From the NCBI GenBank assembly GCA_943912835.1, contig CALTVJ010000002.1:19013-83012 (forward strand): 64,000 nucleotides of DNA, given 5' to 3'. The notes under the pieces are model-generated. The model worked only from the letters and a program-made list of their open reading frames with translations, was not told the origin of the DNA and did not search any database. Positions within the stretch are counted from its first letter, which is position 1, and each line of letters begins with the position of its first letter. Position numbers and translations under genes: made by a program. The DNA is from an uncultured Porphyromonas sp. GTDB lineage: Bacteria; Bacteroidota; Bacteroidia; Bacteroidales; Porphyromonadaceae. Below, in pieces: positions 40,475 through 50,681 of the stretch.

Positions 40475-41872
40475 TCATTGTTGGTTGTGGCAACGTTGAT
40501 CCGAGATATAACTGTTTAGCTTCTTAAAAAAGCTTTCAGTCAAAGGAGATATGGTTTTGTTGAAGTTTTCATTCTGGAATGAAAGGTTGAGTTCTCCATT
40601 ATGAATTTTGATTTTGTTCAACATCTGTTCAATAAGCCTCCAAAATATGGTTTCATCCTGTATCTTATTGTAAGTAGTTAACAATCCATTTGAAGAAATA
40701 GTTAGAGGATGCATGATGAGAGGACTTAACGATCTTGTGTTAGGGTTTATGAATCTAACAGGTCGAGATGTCCCTAATCTAAATCCAATTTCGTTATAAT
40801 AACCCATTGTATAGTCATGTCTAATTCCAGCTGTCAATATTTCTTTAATGTCTTCAGGTTCGGATAAGGCTAAATAGCTGTGCCGAGATGAGGCAAGGTC
40901 AAGGTCTTTAAAGCATTTAAATCTATTTTCTCTTTCAAAATTGTGATGTTTGTGCCTCGATTTATTCAGGGCTAAATATATTTTTCTGATTTGCAGTCTG
41001 AGTTTGCTGGCTTCAGATTTGATTAGAGTGGGGGATTTTGAGGACGCATAACTAGATAATAATCCACATCTGATACCTTGCCTACTAGCATTCTTTAAAA
41101 TTTTCCTCATGGACCTAAAGTTATATTTAGGCTTATCTTCATTAAATGGTGATTGAGTAGACTTTAAAAATAGGGTTGTATTTATGGGGATTTGAGCGAA
41201 AGTACTCCTATCCATCAAGGTATTATGTAGTATATAAATATCATCAAATGTGTTATAAGGATCTTCCTTTTTGAGAATTCTAAGAAAGAAGCCCCTTATA
41301 CCTGTATAAAGAAAGGGGCGATATACATCAATTCCAAGGTTAATTTGCTTGAACGTTTGTGGGATAGTATCCATATATAGCTCTAAGCTGTCAATAATGT
41401 CTTGAGACTGTAGCAGATTTCTAAGTACCACAGCATATTCATCAACGAGAGGACGATCTAAACAGTTTGCTCGATAGAGCAGGGAAGCTTCTAATGGGAA
41501 ACGACCATAATCATCTCGGATATTTCTCTTATACATCTCCTCATATCTGCTAATCAGATAATAGGTTGATGCAATAACATCTGCATGTATGAGTAGTGTT
41601 TTTCCTTCATTTATCCATTCATGATACGGGGCTCCAAACAATAAGGGTACACCTTCCCAAAGTGCTAATGGAGTATCGGGTTCAGCTTTGGGGGTACCAT
41701 ATATTTTGGGCTTAAAGAATCCAGAGGCCTTGATTACAACTTTCTCAGTTTTAATCTGATCAAGGTTGTCTGTATATTTGATAAAATTATATCCACTTTT
41801 TTTATCATCACTCTTGTTGTAGAGGCTTCCGATCAGGAATTCTAAGATATAATTTAGTACATTGTCATTCAT
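40475..41872 (-). CDS. Hypothetical protein, possibly of a Bacteroidetes polysaccharide-deacetylase-related family (low confidence)
   Basis: There is no signal peptide. The motif HADVIASTYYLISRYEE resembles the N-terminal motif of proteins often annotated as polysaccharide deacetylase family. The track start is TTG at 41893. The in-frame ATG at 41872 is preceded by a TAATTTTG box at 41881-41888. Confidence 0.35.
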   Translation of the reverse strand: MNDNVLNYILEFLIGSLYNKSDDKKSGYNFIKYTDNLDQIKTEKVVIKASGFFKPKIYGTPKAEPDTPLALWEGVPLLFGAPYHEWINEGKTLLIHADVIASTYYLISRYEEMYKRNIRDDYGRFPLEASLLYRANCLDRPLVDEYAVVLRNLLQSQDIIDSLELYMDTIPQTFKQINLGIDVYRPFLYTGIRGFFLRILKKEDPYNTFDDIYILHNTLMDRSTFAQIPINTTLFLKSTQSPFNEDKPKYNFRSMRKILKNASRQGIRCGLLSSYASSKSPTLIKSEASKLRLQIRKIYLALNKSRHKHHNFERENRFKCFKDLDLASSRHSYLALSEPEDIKEILTAGIRHDYTMGYYNEIGFRLGTSRPVRFINPNTRSLSPLIMHPLTISSNGLLTTYNKIQDETIFWRLIEQMLNKIKIHNGELNLSFQNENFNKTISPLTESFFKKLNSYISDQRCHNQQ

Positions 41873-41897
41873 GATTAAGACAAAATTATACAAAACA

Positions 41898-41927
41898 GCT
41901 GAGGCCTACAATTAAGTAAGCCCCAGC
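41898..41927 (-). terminator. Terminator after the ferredoxin gene
   Basis: The minus strand reads gctggggc...gcctcagc followed by tgttttgtat. Confidence 0.4.
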
Positions 41928-42001
41928 ATCTCTCAAACTTTAAATCAAAACTCTAATCATTAAGAGCTTAGATCCTATTCCTAAATGAACAGGGGAAAAT
42001 A

Positions 42002-42166
42002 CTAAGCATGTATCGCTTCTGTAGGACAGACATCAGCACAAGCACCACAATCAATGCAAGTATCTGCATCAATAACATAGATAGATCCTTCAGAAATAGC
42101 TGATACAGGACATTCGTCTATGCAAGTGCCACAAGCTATACAGCTGTCAGTAATTACATGTGCCAT
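42002..42166 (-). CDS. 2x[4Fe-4S] ferredoxin, 54 aa (not in the ORF track)
   Basis: Hand translation gives MAHVITDSCIACGTCIDECPVSAISEGSIYVIDADTCIDCGACADVCPTEAIHA*, which contains two CxxCxxCxxxCP motifs. Confidence 0.8.
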   Translation of the reverse strand: MAHVITDSCIACGTCIDECPVSAISEGSIYVIDADTCIDCGACADVCPTEAIHA

Positions 42167-42288
42167 AATTAATACCGTTTATGTGATAAATTTTATTAGT
42201 TCACTACAAAGGTAAATAAAATATGTTGAATATACCAACAGTTAGGTATTTTGAAGTGCTTGAATACCTATATAATGGTATGAGAAAT

Positions 42289-42321
42289 AAAATCCCACAG
42301 AGGTGATATCTGTGGGATTTT
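42289..42321. terminator. Terminator after the LRR lipoprotein gene (symmetric hairpin)
   Basis: aaaatcccacaga / tctgtgggatttt forms a 13-bp stem with T/A runs on both strands. Confidence 0.55.
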
Positions 42322-42344
42322 TGCGGAAGTAATAAATGGTTTGT

Positions 42345-43487
42345 TTAGTTGTCTGCTATAGTCCAACCTTTATCAGTTACAATCTGTCTATCAGAATTAC
42401 TTAAGCTGTTTATTTTGAGCTTAGCACCTGATTTTTTAGGGAGTGATTGTAAAACTTGAGTCAAGTTGTTTCCAGTTAAGGTTGGATTCTCGGTCAAATC
42501 TAGCTCTACTAATTGGCTAAATGCAGAGAAGTTTGCTGTTGCAAGTTTATTCCCTCTAAGATTTAGATATGTGATTGATGTAAACTTACATACTTGATTG
42601 TTGAAATTTGTAAAAGATGCACCTGAAAGATTTAGAGACTTAAGTTTGTCATTACCTGTATCTGTTGAGAATCCTGAAAAGTTAGTTAATCTTTTAGCTT
42701 CTCCTTCTTTTAATAATTTAGTACCACTTAAGTCTACCTTAGTTGTGCCATTCATATCTCTGAGCAAAACACCTGTTAATGAAGGACAATTGCTTAAATC
42801 GATAGTTGGGGTAGCACAACGACTATTAGAAAATTTTTTGAGTTTGGTGGAGCCTTTAAAGTTAACATTCTTATTAAAATAGGTTCCAATGAGGTAAAGC
42901 TCCTCTAGGTTAGGGAAAGACTCCAATGTAAAGTCGTTTGTTGTATTATTTTCGTTTAAGTCAATAATTTTAAGATTTTTGGGTAGGGTGATTAGTCCTG
43001 CTTTAAATACCCGAACCTCTTCCAAACTTAAAAGAGTAGACAAGTCTAGAGGACTTTTTGAGCTAATGTTTCGAATAATTATTTTCTTTAAGGTCGTTGG
43101 AGCTTGAGAAAAATCGATTGATTCAAAACGTCCAGAAGAGATGCTAAGAGAGTTCACATTTCCTTTAAGAATAATTGTCGCACCAGCCTGGTTTGCTGTA
43201 ATACTAATTGTTTTTCCCTCTCTAGTTGTTTTTGCTCCCTCAATGAACAAACCCTCACCTTTGAATTCAGACAATGAGAAGCTTGTTTCCTTGGGAGATA
43301 AAATTAGCTTAATACCTTTAGTGTTATCTATAGGTGTGTTAGAGTCACCTATTCCATTATTAGTATTTTTGCCCCCTTGATCCGGAATCACTGTTGGAGG
43401 AATTGGTTCTCCTCCCTTTTTTTTACAAGAGCCCATAAAGATAAGAGCACATAATCCGAGTACCCCTATTTTAATAATTTGTTTCAT
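42345..43487 (-). CDS. Leucine-rich-repeat (BspA-like) surface lipoprotein
   Basis: The signal peptide ends in the lipobox ...IFMGSC. After a Gly/Pro/Asn-rich linker there are ~10 LRR units (LxxLxLxxN patterns), ending ...GWTIADN. Confidence 0.75.
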   Translation of the reverse strand: MKQIIKIGVLGLCALIFMGSCKKKGGEPIPPTVIPDQGGKNTNNGIGDSNTPIDNTKGIKLILSPKETSFSLSEFKGEGLFIEGAKTTREGKTISITANQAGATIILKGNVNSLSISSGRFESIDFSQAPTTLKKIIIRNISSKSPLDLSTLLSLEEVRVFKAGLITLPKNLKIIDLNENNTTNDFTLESFPNLEELYLIGTYFNKNVNFKGSTKLKKFSNSRCATPTIDLSNCPSLTGVLLRDMNGTTKVDLSGTKLLKEGEAKRLTNFSGFSTDTGNDKLKSLNLSGASFTNFNNQVCKFTSITYLNLRGNKLATANFSAFSQLVELDLTENPTLTGNNLTQVLQSLPKKSGAKLKINSLSNSDRQIVTDKGWTIADN

Positions 43488-43517
43488 GATTTAATTTTGT
43501 TAATGTACATTATGATA

Positions 43518-44918
43518 TTAAAATTCTGCATTTCTTGGTGTTCTTGGGAAAGGAATCACATCTCTGATATTTGTCATCCCAGTTACAAATAGCAACAAAC
43601 GTTCGAAACCTAAGCCAAATCCAGAGTGTGGGGCTGTACCGTATCTGCGTGTATCAAGATACCACCAGATATCCTTGTCTGGTACTCCCATTTCTTGGGC
43701 TCTCATTTTTAGTGTTTCATAGTTTGCTTCTCTCTCTGAGCCTCCAATGATTTCACCAATTTTAGGGAACAATACATCCATACCTCGGACTGTCTTGCCA
43801 TCATCATTTAATTTCATATAGAAGCTTTTGATCTCTTTGGGGTAATCTGTTACGATCACAGGAGTCTTAAAATGCTCCTCTACAAGGTATCGTTCATGCT
43901 CGCTACTCATGTCAGCTCCCCAATAAATAGGAAATTCGAACTTTCTACCTTTCTTAGCTACAGCTTCTTCGAGAATATTTATTCCCTCTGTATATGATAG
44001 ACGTTTAAATGGCTTTTCGAGAACAAAATTTAGACGACTAATTAGTTCCTTGTCATAATGCTCTGATAAGAAAGTAATGTCATCAAAGCAATTTTCTAGA
44101 GCCCAACGTACGCAATGTTTTATAAAATCTTCTGCAAGATCCATATTCTCTTCAATTTCGAGAAAAGCAACCTCGGGTTCTATCATCCAAAATTCGGCCA
44201 AATGCCTTGGAGTATTGGAGTTTTCTGCTCGGAAGGTTGGCCCAAACGTATATATTGCACCCATAGACATGGCAGCAAGCTCTCCTTCTAGTTGTCCAGA
44301 GACGGTCAGAGATGTAGGGCTATTAAAAAAGTCTTGACTGTAATCAATATCTCCCGTTTCTGTCTTTGGTAAATTATTCAAATCTAATGTGGTGACTTGA
44401 AACATTTGTCCTGCCCCTTCGGCATCACTGCCTGTTATGATTGGGGCATGGAAATAGTAAAACCCTTTACTATGAAAATAGGAGTGTATAGCCATAGACA
44501 TTTCATGTCTAATGCGATAAATAGCTCCAAATGTGTTAGTACGTGGACGCAAGTGAGCTATTTCTCTAAGAAATTCTAGTGAATGTCCTTTTTTCTGTAA
44601 AGGATAAGTTTCTGGATCTGCAGTTCCTAAGACACGAATGTCTTGAGCTAAAACTTCCACACTTTGTCCTTTCCCCTGAGAGATGACCAAATCACCGATG
44701 ACACTAAGGCTGGCTCCCGTCGTTATTTGAGACAATAAATTGGGATCAAACTTCTCATTATCTGCAACAATCTGTATATTATGTATTGTAGATCCATCAT
44801 TCAGTGAGATAAAACTCACCGATTTATTGCCCCTTTTTGTGCGAACCCACCCCTTGACACAGACAGATGTGCCTACGAGCTGAGCTTTCAAAAGCTCATT
44901 TATTCTAATTTGTTTCAC
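43518..44918 (-). CDS. asnS: Asparaginyl-tRNA synthetase
   Basis: It has an OB-fold N-domain and class IIb motifs ([25 protein letters not shown]). Confidence 0.9.
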   Translation of the reverse strand: MKQIRINELLKAQLVGTSVCVKGWVRTKRGNKSVSFISLNDGSTIHNIQIVADNEKFDPNLLSQITTGASLSVIGDLVISQGKGQSVEVLAQDIRVLGTADPETYPLQKKGHSLEFLREIAHLRPRTNTFGAIYRIRHEMSMAIHSYFHSKGFYYFHAPIITGSDAEGAGQMFQVTTLDLNNLPKTETGDIDYSQDFFNSPTSLTVSGQLEGELAAMSMGAIYTFGPTFRAENSNTPRHLAEFWMIEPEVAFLEIEENMDLAEDFIKHCVRWALENCFDDITFLSEHYDKELISRLNFVLEKPFKRLSYTEGINILEEAVAKKGRKFEFPIYWGADMSSEHERYLVEEHFKTPVIVTDYPKEIKSFYMKLNDDGKTVRGMDVLFPKIGEIIGGSEREANYETLKMRAQEMGVPDKDIWWYLDTRRYGTAPHSGFGLGFERLLLFVTGMTNIRDVIPFPRTPRNAEF

Positions 44919-44952
44919 GTGTATATATAAATATAAAACGAATTCAGTTTAT

Positions 44953-46110
44953 CTATTCAAAAGCTCCCATTCTTAACGCATTAACCTCTTCTTCATTGAG
45001 ATAACGCCACTGCCCTCTACGTAAATTTTTCTTAGTTAAACCTGCAAAATAGACTCTATCTAATTTGAGAATACGATAGCCAAAATGTTCAAAAATACGA
45101 CGAACGATTCGGTTACGCCCAGAATGGATCTCTATACCAACTTGAGAAAAATCGTCTTCGGTTACATAACTAATAGCGTCAGCATGGATTTCTCCATCAT
45201 CGAGCTCGATTCCATCAGCAATGCTTTGCATATGTTCCATTGACACGGGTTTGTCTAGCCAAACATGATAGATTTTCTTCTTCATGAATGAGGGGTGTGT
45301 CAATTTTGCGGCCAAAGCACCGTCGTTGGTGATGAGTAGCACACCTGTGGTTTGTCTATCTAGTCGACCAACTGGATATATTCGTTCTGGACATGCATTT
45401 TTTACAAGATCCATTACAGTTAATCTACACTCAGGGTCATCACTAGTTGTAACACAATTTTTAGGTTTATTCAAGAGTACATAAATTTTGCTTTGACTTT
45501 CTACTTTCTGACCTTTATACTCGACTATATCAAGAGGTGTAACACGATGGCCAAGCTCTTTGACAACTTTTCCGTTAATAATGATATCTCCATTAGCGAT
45601 AAGAATGTCTGCTTCTCTCCTAGAACAAATACCCGCATTAGCCAGATACTTGTTTAGTCGAATTTCTGTTTCTGGAGGTAATACTTCTGGATAGCGTACT
45701 GTTTGGGGTGGAGTGGAGCCGCTTGGTTTATTTGAATGATTTCTTGAAGGCGTTTTTCTGTTTGATAGCTTGCTTGACGATATGGTAGACTGCTTTTGCC
45801 CCTTATTAGAGTTATAGTGATCCACATACTCTTTCTCAAAGTGCTGTTTTTCTTTATGAGGGAGAGGTAAATCTGTATTGTGTGTTTCAGATCTATTAGA
45901 CATATCGCTAGACTTCAATATCTCATTCTTAATGCTGAGATGATTGGTTGTCCCATGTTCGATTGTTGTGATACGTACCCTTTTACGTTTCCCAACATGT
46001 TTCTGATTTAAACGAGTAGATAAAGTACCATCTGCTGATGCTATTGGAACTCGTTTATTAGAAGTACTATCGATACTTTTATTTTTATCTGTTGATTTAT
46101 TTATATTCAT
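44953..46110 (-). CDS. rluB: RsuA-family pseudouridine synthase (RluB-like) with ~140-aa basic/Ser-rich N-terminal extension
   Basis: The S4 domain and catalytic-Asp motif (PVGRLDRQTTGVLLITNDG) are in the C-terminal ~240 aa. The N-terminus is a low-complexity K/S/N-rich region. Confidence 0.8.
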   Translation of the reverse strand: MNINKSTDKNKSIDSTSNKRVPIASADGTLSTRLNQKHVGKRKRVRITTIEHGTTNHLSIKNEILKSSDMSNRSETHNTDLPLPHKEKQHFEKEYVDHYNSNKGQKQSTISSSKLSNRKTPSRNHSNKPSGSTPPQTVRYPEVLPPETEIRLNKYLANAGICSRREADILIANGDIIINGKVVKELGHRVTPLDIVEYKGQKVESQSKIYVLLNKPKNCVTTSDDPECRLTVMDLVKNACPERIYPVGRLDRQTTGVLLITNDGALAAKLTHPSFMKKKIYHVWLDKPVSMEHMQSIADGIELDDGEIHADAISYVTEDDFSQVGIEIHSGRNRIVRRIFEHFGYRILKLDRVYFAGLTKKNLRRGQWRYLNEEEVNALRMGAFE

Positions 46111-46276
46111 CTAGATTGTTCAAATATGTTTCTTTCGGAGTAATTCAGGAAAGAAAGCCTCTAATCTTAAATTCGTACTGCAAAGATACATATTTTACAT
46201 AGTTTCACCATTTGATACCTATAATCAAAGAGGGCTCCTGAATCAAAATATGATATCTTTGGTCTTATGAATGTAG

Positions 46277-46900
46277 TTGATTAATTTTGAAGGGGTACAA
46301 GATCCTCCAGTTGTTGGTTGTTGTAAGTATAAGTTAAGTGACATTTTAGTTATAGCCTTAGCTAGTTATCTCTGTGGAGCTGAAGATTATGAGTCCATGA
46401 AGGAGCTGTGTGTAGAGCGTGGCGAATCTCTTCGCCCTTTAGTAAAACTCCCCAATGGTACTCAAAGTATAGATACTTTTGAACGTATCCTACAATGCAT
46501 TGAGCCCCATTCGCTTTATGCCTGCCTAAGTGTTTATGGTAAAAACTTTATTCAAAACCTTGAAGGGAAGCATATCGCCATTGAGAGTAAACGTTTACAG
46601 GGTGCAAAGTATAAGAATGGATACACGCATATTCTCTCGGCTTGGGTAGATGAGGTAAGTTTAGCCCAAGAAACGGTTGCTGATAAGCATAATGAACTTC
46701 AAGCTATTCCCGAAGTATTAGATAGCCTAGATTTATCGGATTCTGTGGTGAGTATCGATGCGAAGGGTACACAAAAGACTCTTACCGAGCAGATTATTCA
46801 ATCCGATGCGGATTATGTACTGAGTTTTCAAGCCAATCAGAAGCATCTCTTTGAAGACGTTCGAGATGCTTTTACTGGTAGGTATCAGTTTGACACTTGA
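46277..46900 (+). pseudogene. ISAs1-family transposase remnant (N-terminal ~55%, no ATG start, DDE domain truncated)
   Basis: KYKLSDILVIALASYLCGAEDYE...LPNGTQSIDTF...AIPEVL...IDAKGTQ aligns to ISAs1/H-repeat transposases up to the middle of the DDE domain. The frame opens right after a stop with only a TTG start, and it ends about 160 aa early. Confidence 0.7.
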
Positions 46901-46921
46901 TACTTAGAATCTGTAAATAAT

Positions 46922-47146
46922 CAGGGCAACCGCATCAAATCAAACGATGTATCCTGCTATATATATTGCAATATAGGATTACTGATATTCAACTTAATGG
47001 CAGAACAGCTACAGGTATATAATGTAATTGGAGGACGCTAGGGAGGGCTTTTCATAGATGTAGTTTGATGGGATTTCGCAAGATATAGCCTACAACCCTT
47101 TGCTACAGAGAGATTCACGAAATAAGATTTAGATGCGGTTGCCCTG
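46922..47146. mobile_element. MITE-like / IS-end-derived element: perfect 15-bp terminal inverted repeats with flanking 8-bp direct repeats
   Basis: cagggcaaccgcatc (46922-46936) pairs with gatgcggttgccctg (47132-47146). An AAATAATC direct repeat sits at 46915-46922 and at 47149-47156. The interior is AT-rich, non-coding, and contains the 14-bp palindrome tatattgcaatata. Confidence 0.45.
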
Positions 47147-47233
47147 GCAAATAATCTTTAGATAATACTGTTTAGATGAATAGTATTATTTTTGTTATAA
47201 TTTTAAGAAGAGATATTTAATAGTATTTGATAT

Positions 47234-48526
47234 ATGACGAATTTTGTAGAAGAACTTCGCTGGAGAGGTATGATTCATGATGTGTTCCCTGGAACTGAAG
47301 AATATATGATGAAGCAGCAGGTTTCTGGATATGTGGGTATTGACCCAACAGCCGATTCACTTCATATTGGTCATCTTGTAGGCGTCATGATGCTTAGACA
47401 TTTACAGAAATCAGGTCATCGCCCAATAGCTCTAATCGGTGGAGCAACTGGTATGATTGGAGACCCTTCGATGAAGAGTGCTGAGAGAAATCTGTTAGAT
47501 GAGGAGACTTTGTCCCAAAATATTGCTGGTATTAAGTCTCAACTATCTAAATTTCTAGACTTTGATAGTGGAGCTCCCAACTCAGCTAAGTTGGTTAATA
47601 ACTATGATTGGACAAAAGATTATAGTTTCTTGACCTTTATAAGGGACATTGGCAAACATATTACAGTGAATTATATGATGGCCAAGGACTCAGTAAAAAA
47701 GAGATTGAATGGCGAAGGTGAGGGTATGTCGTTTACAGAATTTAGTTATCAACTGTTACAAGGATACGACTATTTACACCTCTATCGCACTGAGAATTGT
47801 CGCCTTCAAATGGGAGGTTCGGATCAGTGGGGTAACATAACTACAGGTACGGAACTCATCAGACGCAAAGAGGGCGGAGAGGCTTATGCACTTGTTTGTC
47901 CTCTTATTACCAAGGCCGATGGAGGTAAGTTTGGCAAAACAGAGAGTGGAAATGTTTGGTTAGATCCAAAGCGTACAAGTCCTTATGCTTTTTATCAATT
48001 TTGGCTTAATGTGAGCGATGCTGATGCTGGAAAGTACATTCGTATATTCACAAGCCTAAGTCAAGAAGATATTATTTCTATTGAAGCTCAGCATGCAGAA
48101 GTACCACACCAACGTATCTTGCAGAAGCGTCTGGCTGAGGAGATTACAGTCTTAGTACACAGCCGAGCGGATTATGAGGCTGCTGTTGAAGCCTCTAATA
48201 TTCTATTTGGACAAGCTACGAAAACGACTTTACAAAAACTTGATCCTGAAACACTACTATCTATTTTTGAGGGAGTTCCTCAGTTTAAATTATCGAAAGA
48301 ACATTTAGTCTCAGGATGTAAAATTGTAGATTTTTTGACTGATATTACTCAGGTATTTTCGTCTAAAGGAGAGTTGCGTAAATTGATTAATTCTGGAGGT
48401 CTTAGCTTGAATAAAGAAAAGCTCCAAGATCAAGACCAAATCGTAGCATTGGAAGACCTAATAGCTGGGCATTATCTTCTGGTTCAAAGAGGAAAAAAGA
48501 ATTATTACCTTATTATAGTAGAATAA
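47234..48526 (+). CDS. tyrS: Tyrosyl-tRNA synthetase
   Basis: The HIGH motif (SLHIGHLV), the KMSKS-type KFGKT motif and a C-terminal S4 domain are present. Confidence 0.9.
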   Translation: MTNFVEELRWRGMIHDVFPGTEEYMMKQQVSGYVGIDPTADSLHIGHLVGVMMLRHLQKSGHRPIALIGGATGMIGDPSMKSAERNLLDEETLSQNIAGIKSQLSKFLDFDSGAPNSAKLVNNYDWTKDYSFLTFIRDIGKHITVNYMMAKDSVKKRLNGEGEGMSFTEFSYQLLQGYDYLHLYRTENCRLQMGGSDQWGNITTGTELIRRKEGGEAYALVCPLITKADGGKFGKTESGNVWLDPKRTSPYAFYQFWLNVSDADAGKYIRIFTSLSQEDIISIEAQHAEVPHQRILQKRLAEEITVLVHSRADYEAAVEASNILFGQATKTTLQKLDPETLLSIFEGVPQFKLSKEHLVSGCKIVDFLTDITQVFSSKGELRKLINSGGLSLNKEKLQDQDQIVALEDLIAGHYLLVQRGKKNYYLIIVE

Positions 48527-48527
48527 C

Positions 48528-49283
48528 TTGCAAAAGCCCAATAATAATTTATTAGCTGTATTAGGAGAGTATACTCAGTTGATGAGGCAAACACTTGTTT
48601 TGCCTCGTCGTTGGCGTATGTTCTATCGTAGCTTGGTGCGAGAGATCTATCAATTGGGAGTAGATTCTCTACCGATTGTGTTTATCATCTCCTTTTTTAT
48701 CGGAGCTGTTATTACCATACAGCTTTCAATTAATATCCAGAGCCCTCTTATTCCAAAATTTACAATTGGGTATTCTGCTCGTGAAATAATCTTACTCGAA
48801 TTCTCTTCGACCTTGATGTGTCTAATATTAGCAGGGAAGATAGGTTCAAGTATTGCATCTGAACTTGGTACGATGCGAGTAACAGAGCAAATAGATGCAC
48901 TCGATATTATGGGAGTAAATTCCGCTAACTATTTGATTTTCCCTAAAATAGCGGGTTTGGTGGCTTTTGTACCTGTACTCTCTGTGTTTTCTATGGTTAC
49001 GGGGATAGGCGGAGGATATCTAGCTACTTTTTGGGTTAATGACTTACCAACAAAGGACTTTGTTTATGGCTTGCAGTTGATGTTTCAACCTCATTTCATT
49101 TTGCACTCGATAGTTAAGAGTATGGTTTATGCATATCTTATATCTTCGGTAGCAGCTTATCATGGTTACTGTGTGAAAGGTGGCGCTTTGCAAGTCGGAA
49201 AGGCAAGTACTGATGCAGTGGTACGAAGTAGCGTACTAATATTATTTTTTGATATGATCTTAACCGATTTAATGCTTACATAG
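48528..49283 (+). CDS. mlaE: MlaE-family ABC transporter permease
   Basis: It is 251 aa with 5 TM helices and an MlaE/Ttg2B N-terminus (LGEYTQLM...). The start appears to be TTG. Confidence 0.8.
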   Translation: MQKPNNNLLAVLGEYTQLMRQTLVLPRRWRMFYRSLVREIYQLGVDSLPIVFIISFFIGAVITIQLSINIQSPLIPKFTIGYSAREIILLEFSSTLMCLILAGKIGSSIASELGTMRVTEQIDALDIMGVNSANYLIFPKIAGLVAFVPVLSVFSMVTGIGGGYLATFWVNDLPTKDFVYGLQLMFQPHFILHSIVKSMVYAYLISSVAAYHGYCVKGGALQVGKASTDAVVRSSVLILFFDMILTDLMLT

Positions 49284-49287
49284 ACGG

Positions 49288-50019
49288 ATGATAGAGGTAA
49301 GAGATTTATACAAAGACTTCGATGGTAAAGAAGTTTTACGAGGTGTTAGTGCTAGCTTTGAGGAGGGTAAAACTAATCTAGTTATAGGACGATCTGGAGC
49401 TGGAAAGTCTGTTTTTGTTAAATGTATGATAGGTCTAATAAAACCGACAAAAGGACAAATCTTTTATGATGGAAGGGATCTAGCTTTAATGGGAAAGCAA
49501 GACCTCTTAATGCTTAGACGAGAAATGGGGATGCTATTCCAAGGAAGTGCCCTTTTTGATAGTATGACCGTCTTGGATAATGTAATGTTTCCAATGGAGA
49601 TGTTCTCAAATAACACGGATGCTGCAAAAAAGGAAAGGGCAATGATGCTACTTGATCGAGTAGGTCTACGTGATGCCGCTGACAAATACCCAAGTGAGAT
49701 AAGTGGAGGAATGATGAAGCGTACAGCTATAGCTAGAGCTCTATCTTTAAACCCTCGTTATCTCTTTTGCGATGAACCAAATTCTGGATTAGATCCCAAA
49801 ACAAGTAAAGTTATTGATTTACTTATACAGGAGTTAACAAAAGAGTTTGGAATCACAACCATAGTTAATACTCATGATATGAATACTGTTCGCTCAATTG
49901 GTGATAAAATTATTTACATTCATCACGGACAAAAAGAGTGGGAGGGGAGTAGTGCAACGATAGAAACTCATGGGTCAGAAAGCCTTCTCCGATTTATCAA
50001 TGCTAGCCTAGATGCTTAA
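49288..50019 (+). CDS. mlaF: MlaF-family ABC transporter ATP-binding protein
   Basis: The Walker A motif (GRSGAGKS), the signature (ISGGMMKR) and the Walker B motif (LFCDEPNSGLD) are present. Confidence 0.85.
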   Translation: MIEVRDLYKDFDGKEVLRGVSASFEEGKTNLVIGRSGAGKSVFVKCMIGLIKPTKGQIFYDGRDLALMGKQDLLMLRREMGMLFQGSALFDSMTVLDNVMFPMEMFSNNTDAAKKERAMMLLDRVGLRDAADKYPSEISGGMMKRTAIARALSLNPRYLFCDEPNSGLDPKTSKVIDLLIQELTKEFGITTIVNTHDMNTVRSIGDKIIYIHHGQKEWEGSSATIETHGSESLLRFINASLDA

Positions 50020-50033
50020 AAACGTAACTATAT

Positions 50034-50669
50034 ATGGCAAAAAAGTCAATACTCTTTCATCTTCTTTTGATGTTTTTGGTTGGTGTAGTGAGTTTTTTTC
50101 TCCTATCATGGGGGTTAGATTATTACACTCGACATAATCAAAAGGTCATTGTTCCAGAGCTGAGAGGGATGCATATAAATAAAGCAATTGAGGCACTCAA
50201 GCGTATTGATTTACGTTATGAGGTTGTTGATTCGATTTATGATAAAAAAGCAAAACCCAATACGGTTGTAGAGTTGTACCCATCTGTGGGAAATTCTGTT
50301 AAGCCACAAAGAATTATTTTTATAAAAATCTATTCGAACTCTGCTCCCAAAATAAGCATCCCTTATCTTAAGGATATGTCTTCGAGACAGGCTTATGCAC
50401 TCCTCCGCGCTTTGGGCTTTGAGTCTGTGACTCAAAAACTTGTTTCTGGAGAATATAAAGGACTTTCTCAAGGAGTTACATTAGAAAATGGGAAAGAATT
50501 AAAGCCTGGTGAACGTATAAGTAGGGAAACTCCTTTAATTTTACTTATAACAGGGGAAATTTTGAGCGATAGTCTTGCTGTTGATGACTTATTACTCAAA
50601 GATCTAGATCTCCCAGATAGTGGAAATGTTGGCAATGAACAAGAAAACGACCCTGAAGACTGGTGGTAA
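50034..50669 (+). CDS. PASTA-domain membrane protein
   Basis: It has an N-terminal TM segment, two PASTA-like repeats, and an acidic tail. This is the conserved Bacteroidetes partner upstream of rluD. Confidence 0.6.
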   Translation: MAKKSILFHLLLMFLVGVVSFFLLSWGLDYYTRHNQKVIVPELRGMHINKAIEALKRIDLRYEVVDSIYDKKAKPNTVVELYPSVGNSVKPQRIIFIKIYSNSAPKISIPYLKDMSSRQAYALLRALGFESVTQKLVSGEYKGLSQGVTLENGKELKPGERISRETPLILLITGEILSDSLAVDDLLLKDLDLPDSGNVGNEQENDPEDWW

Positions 50670-50681
50670 TCACAATTAGCT

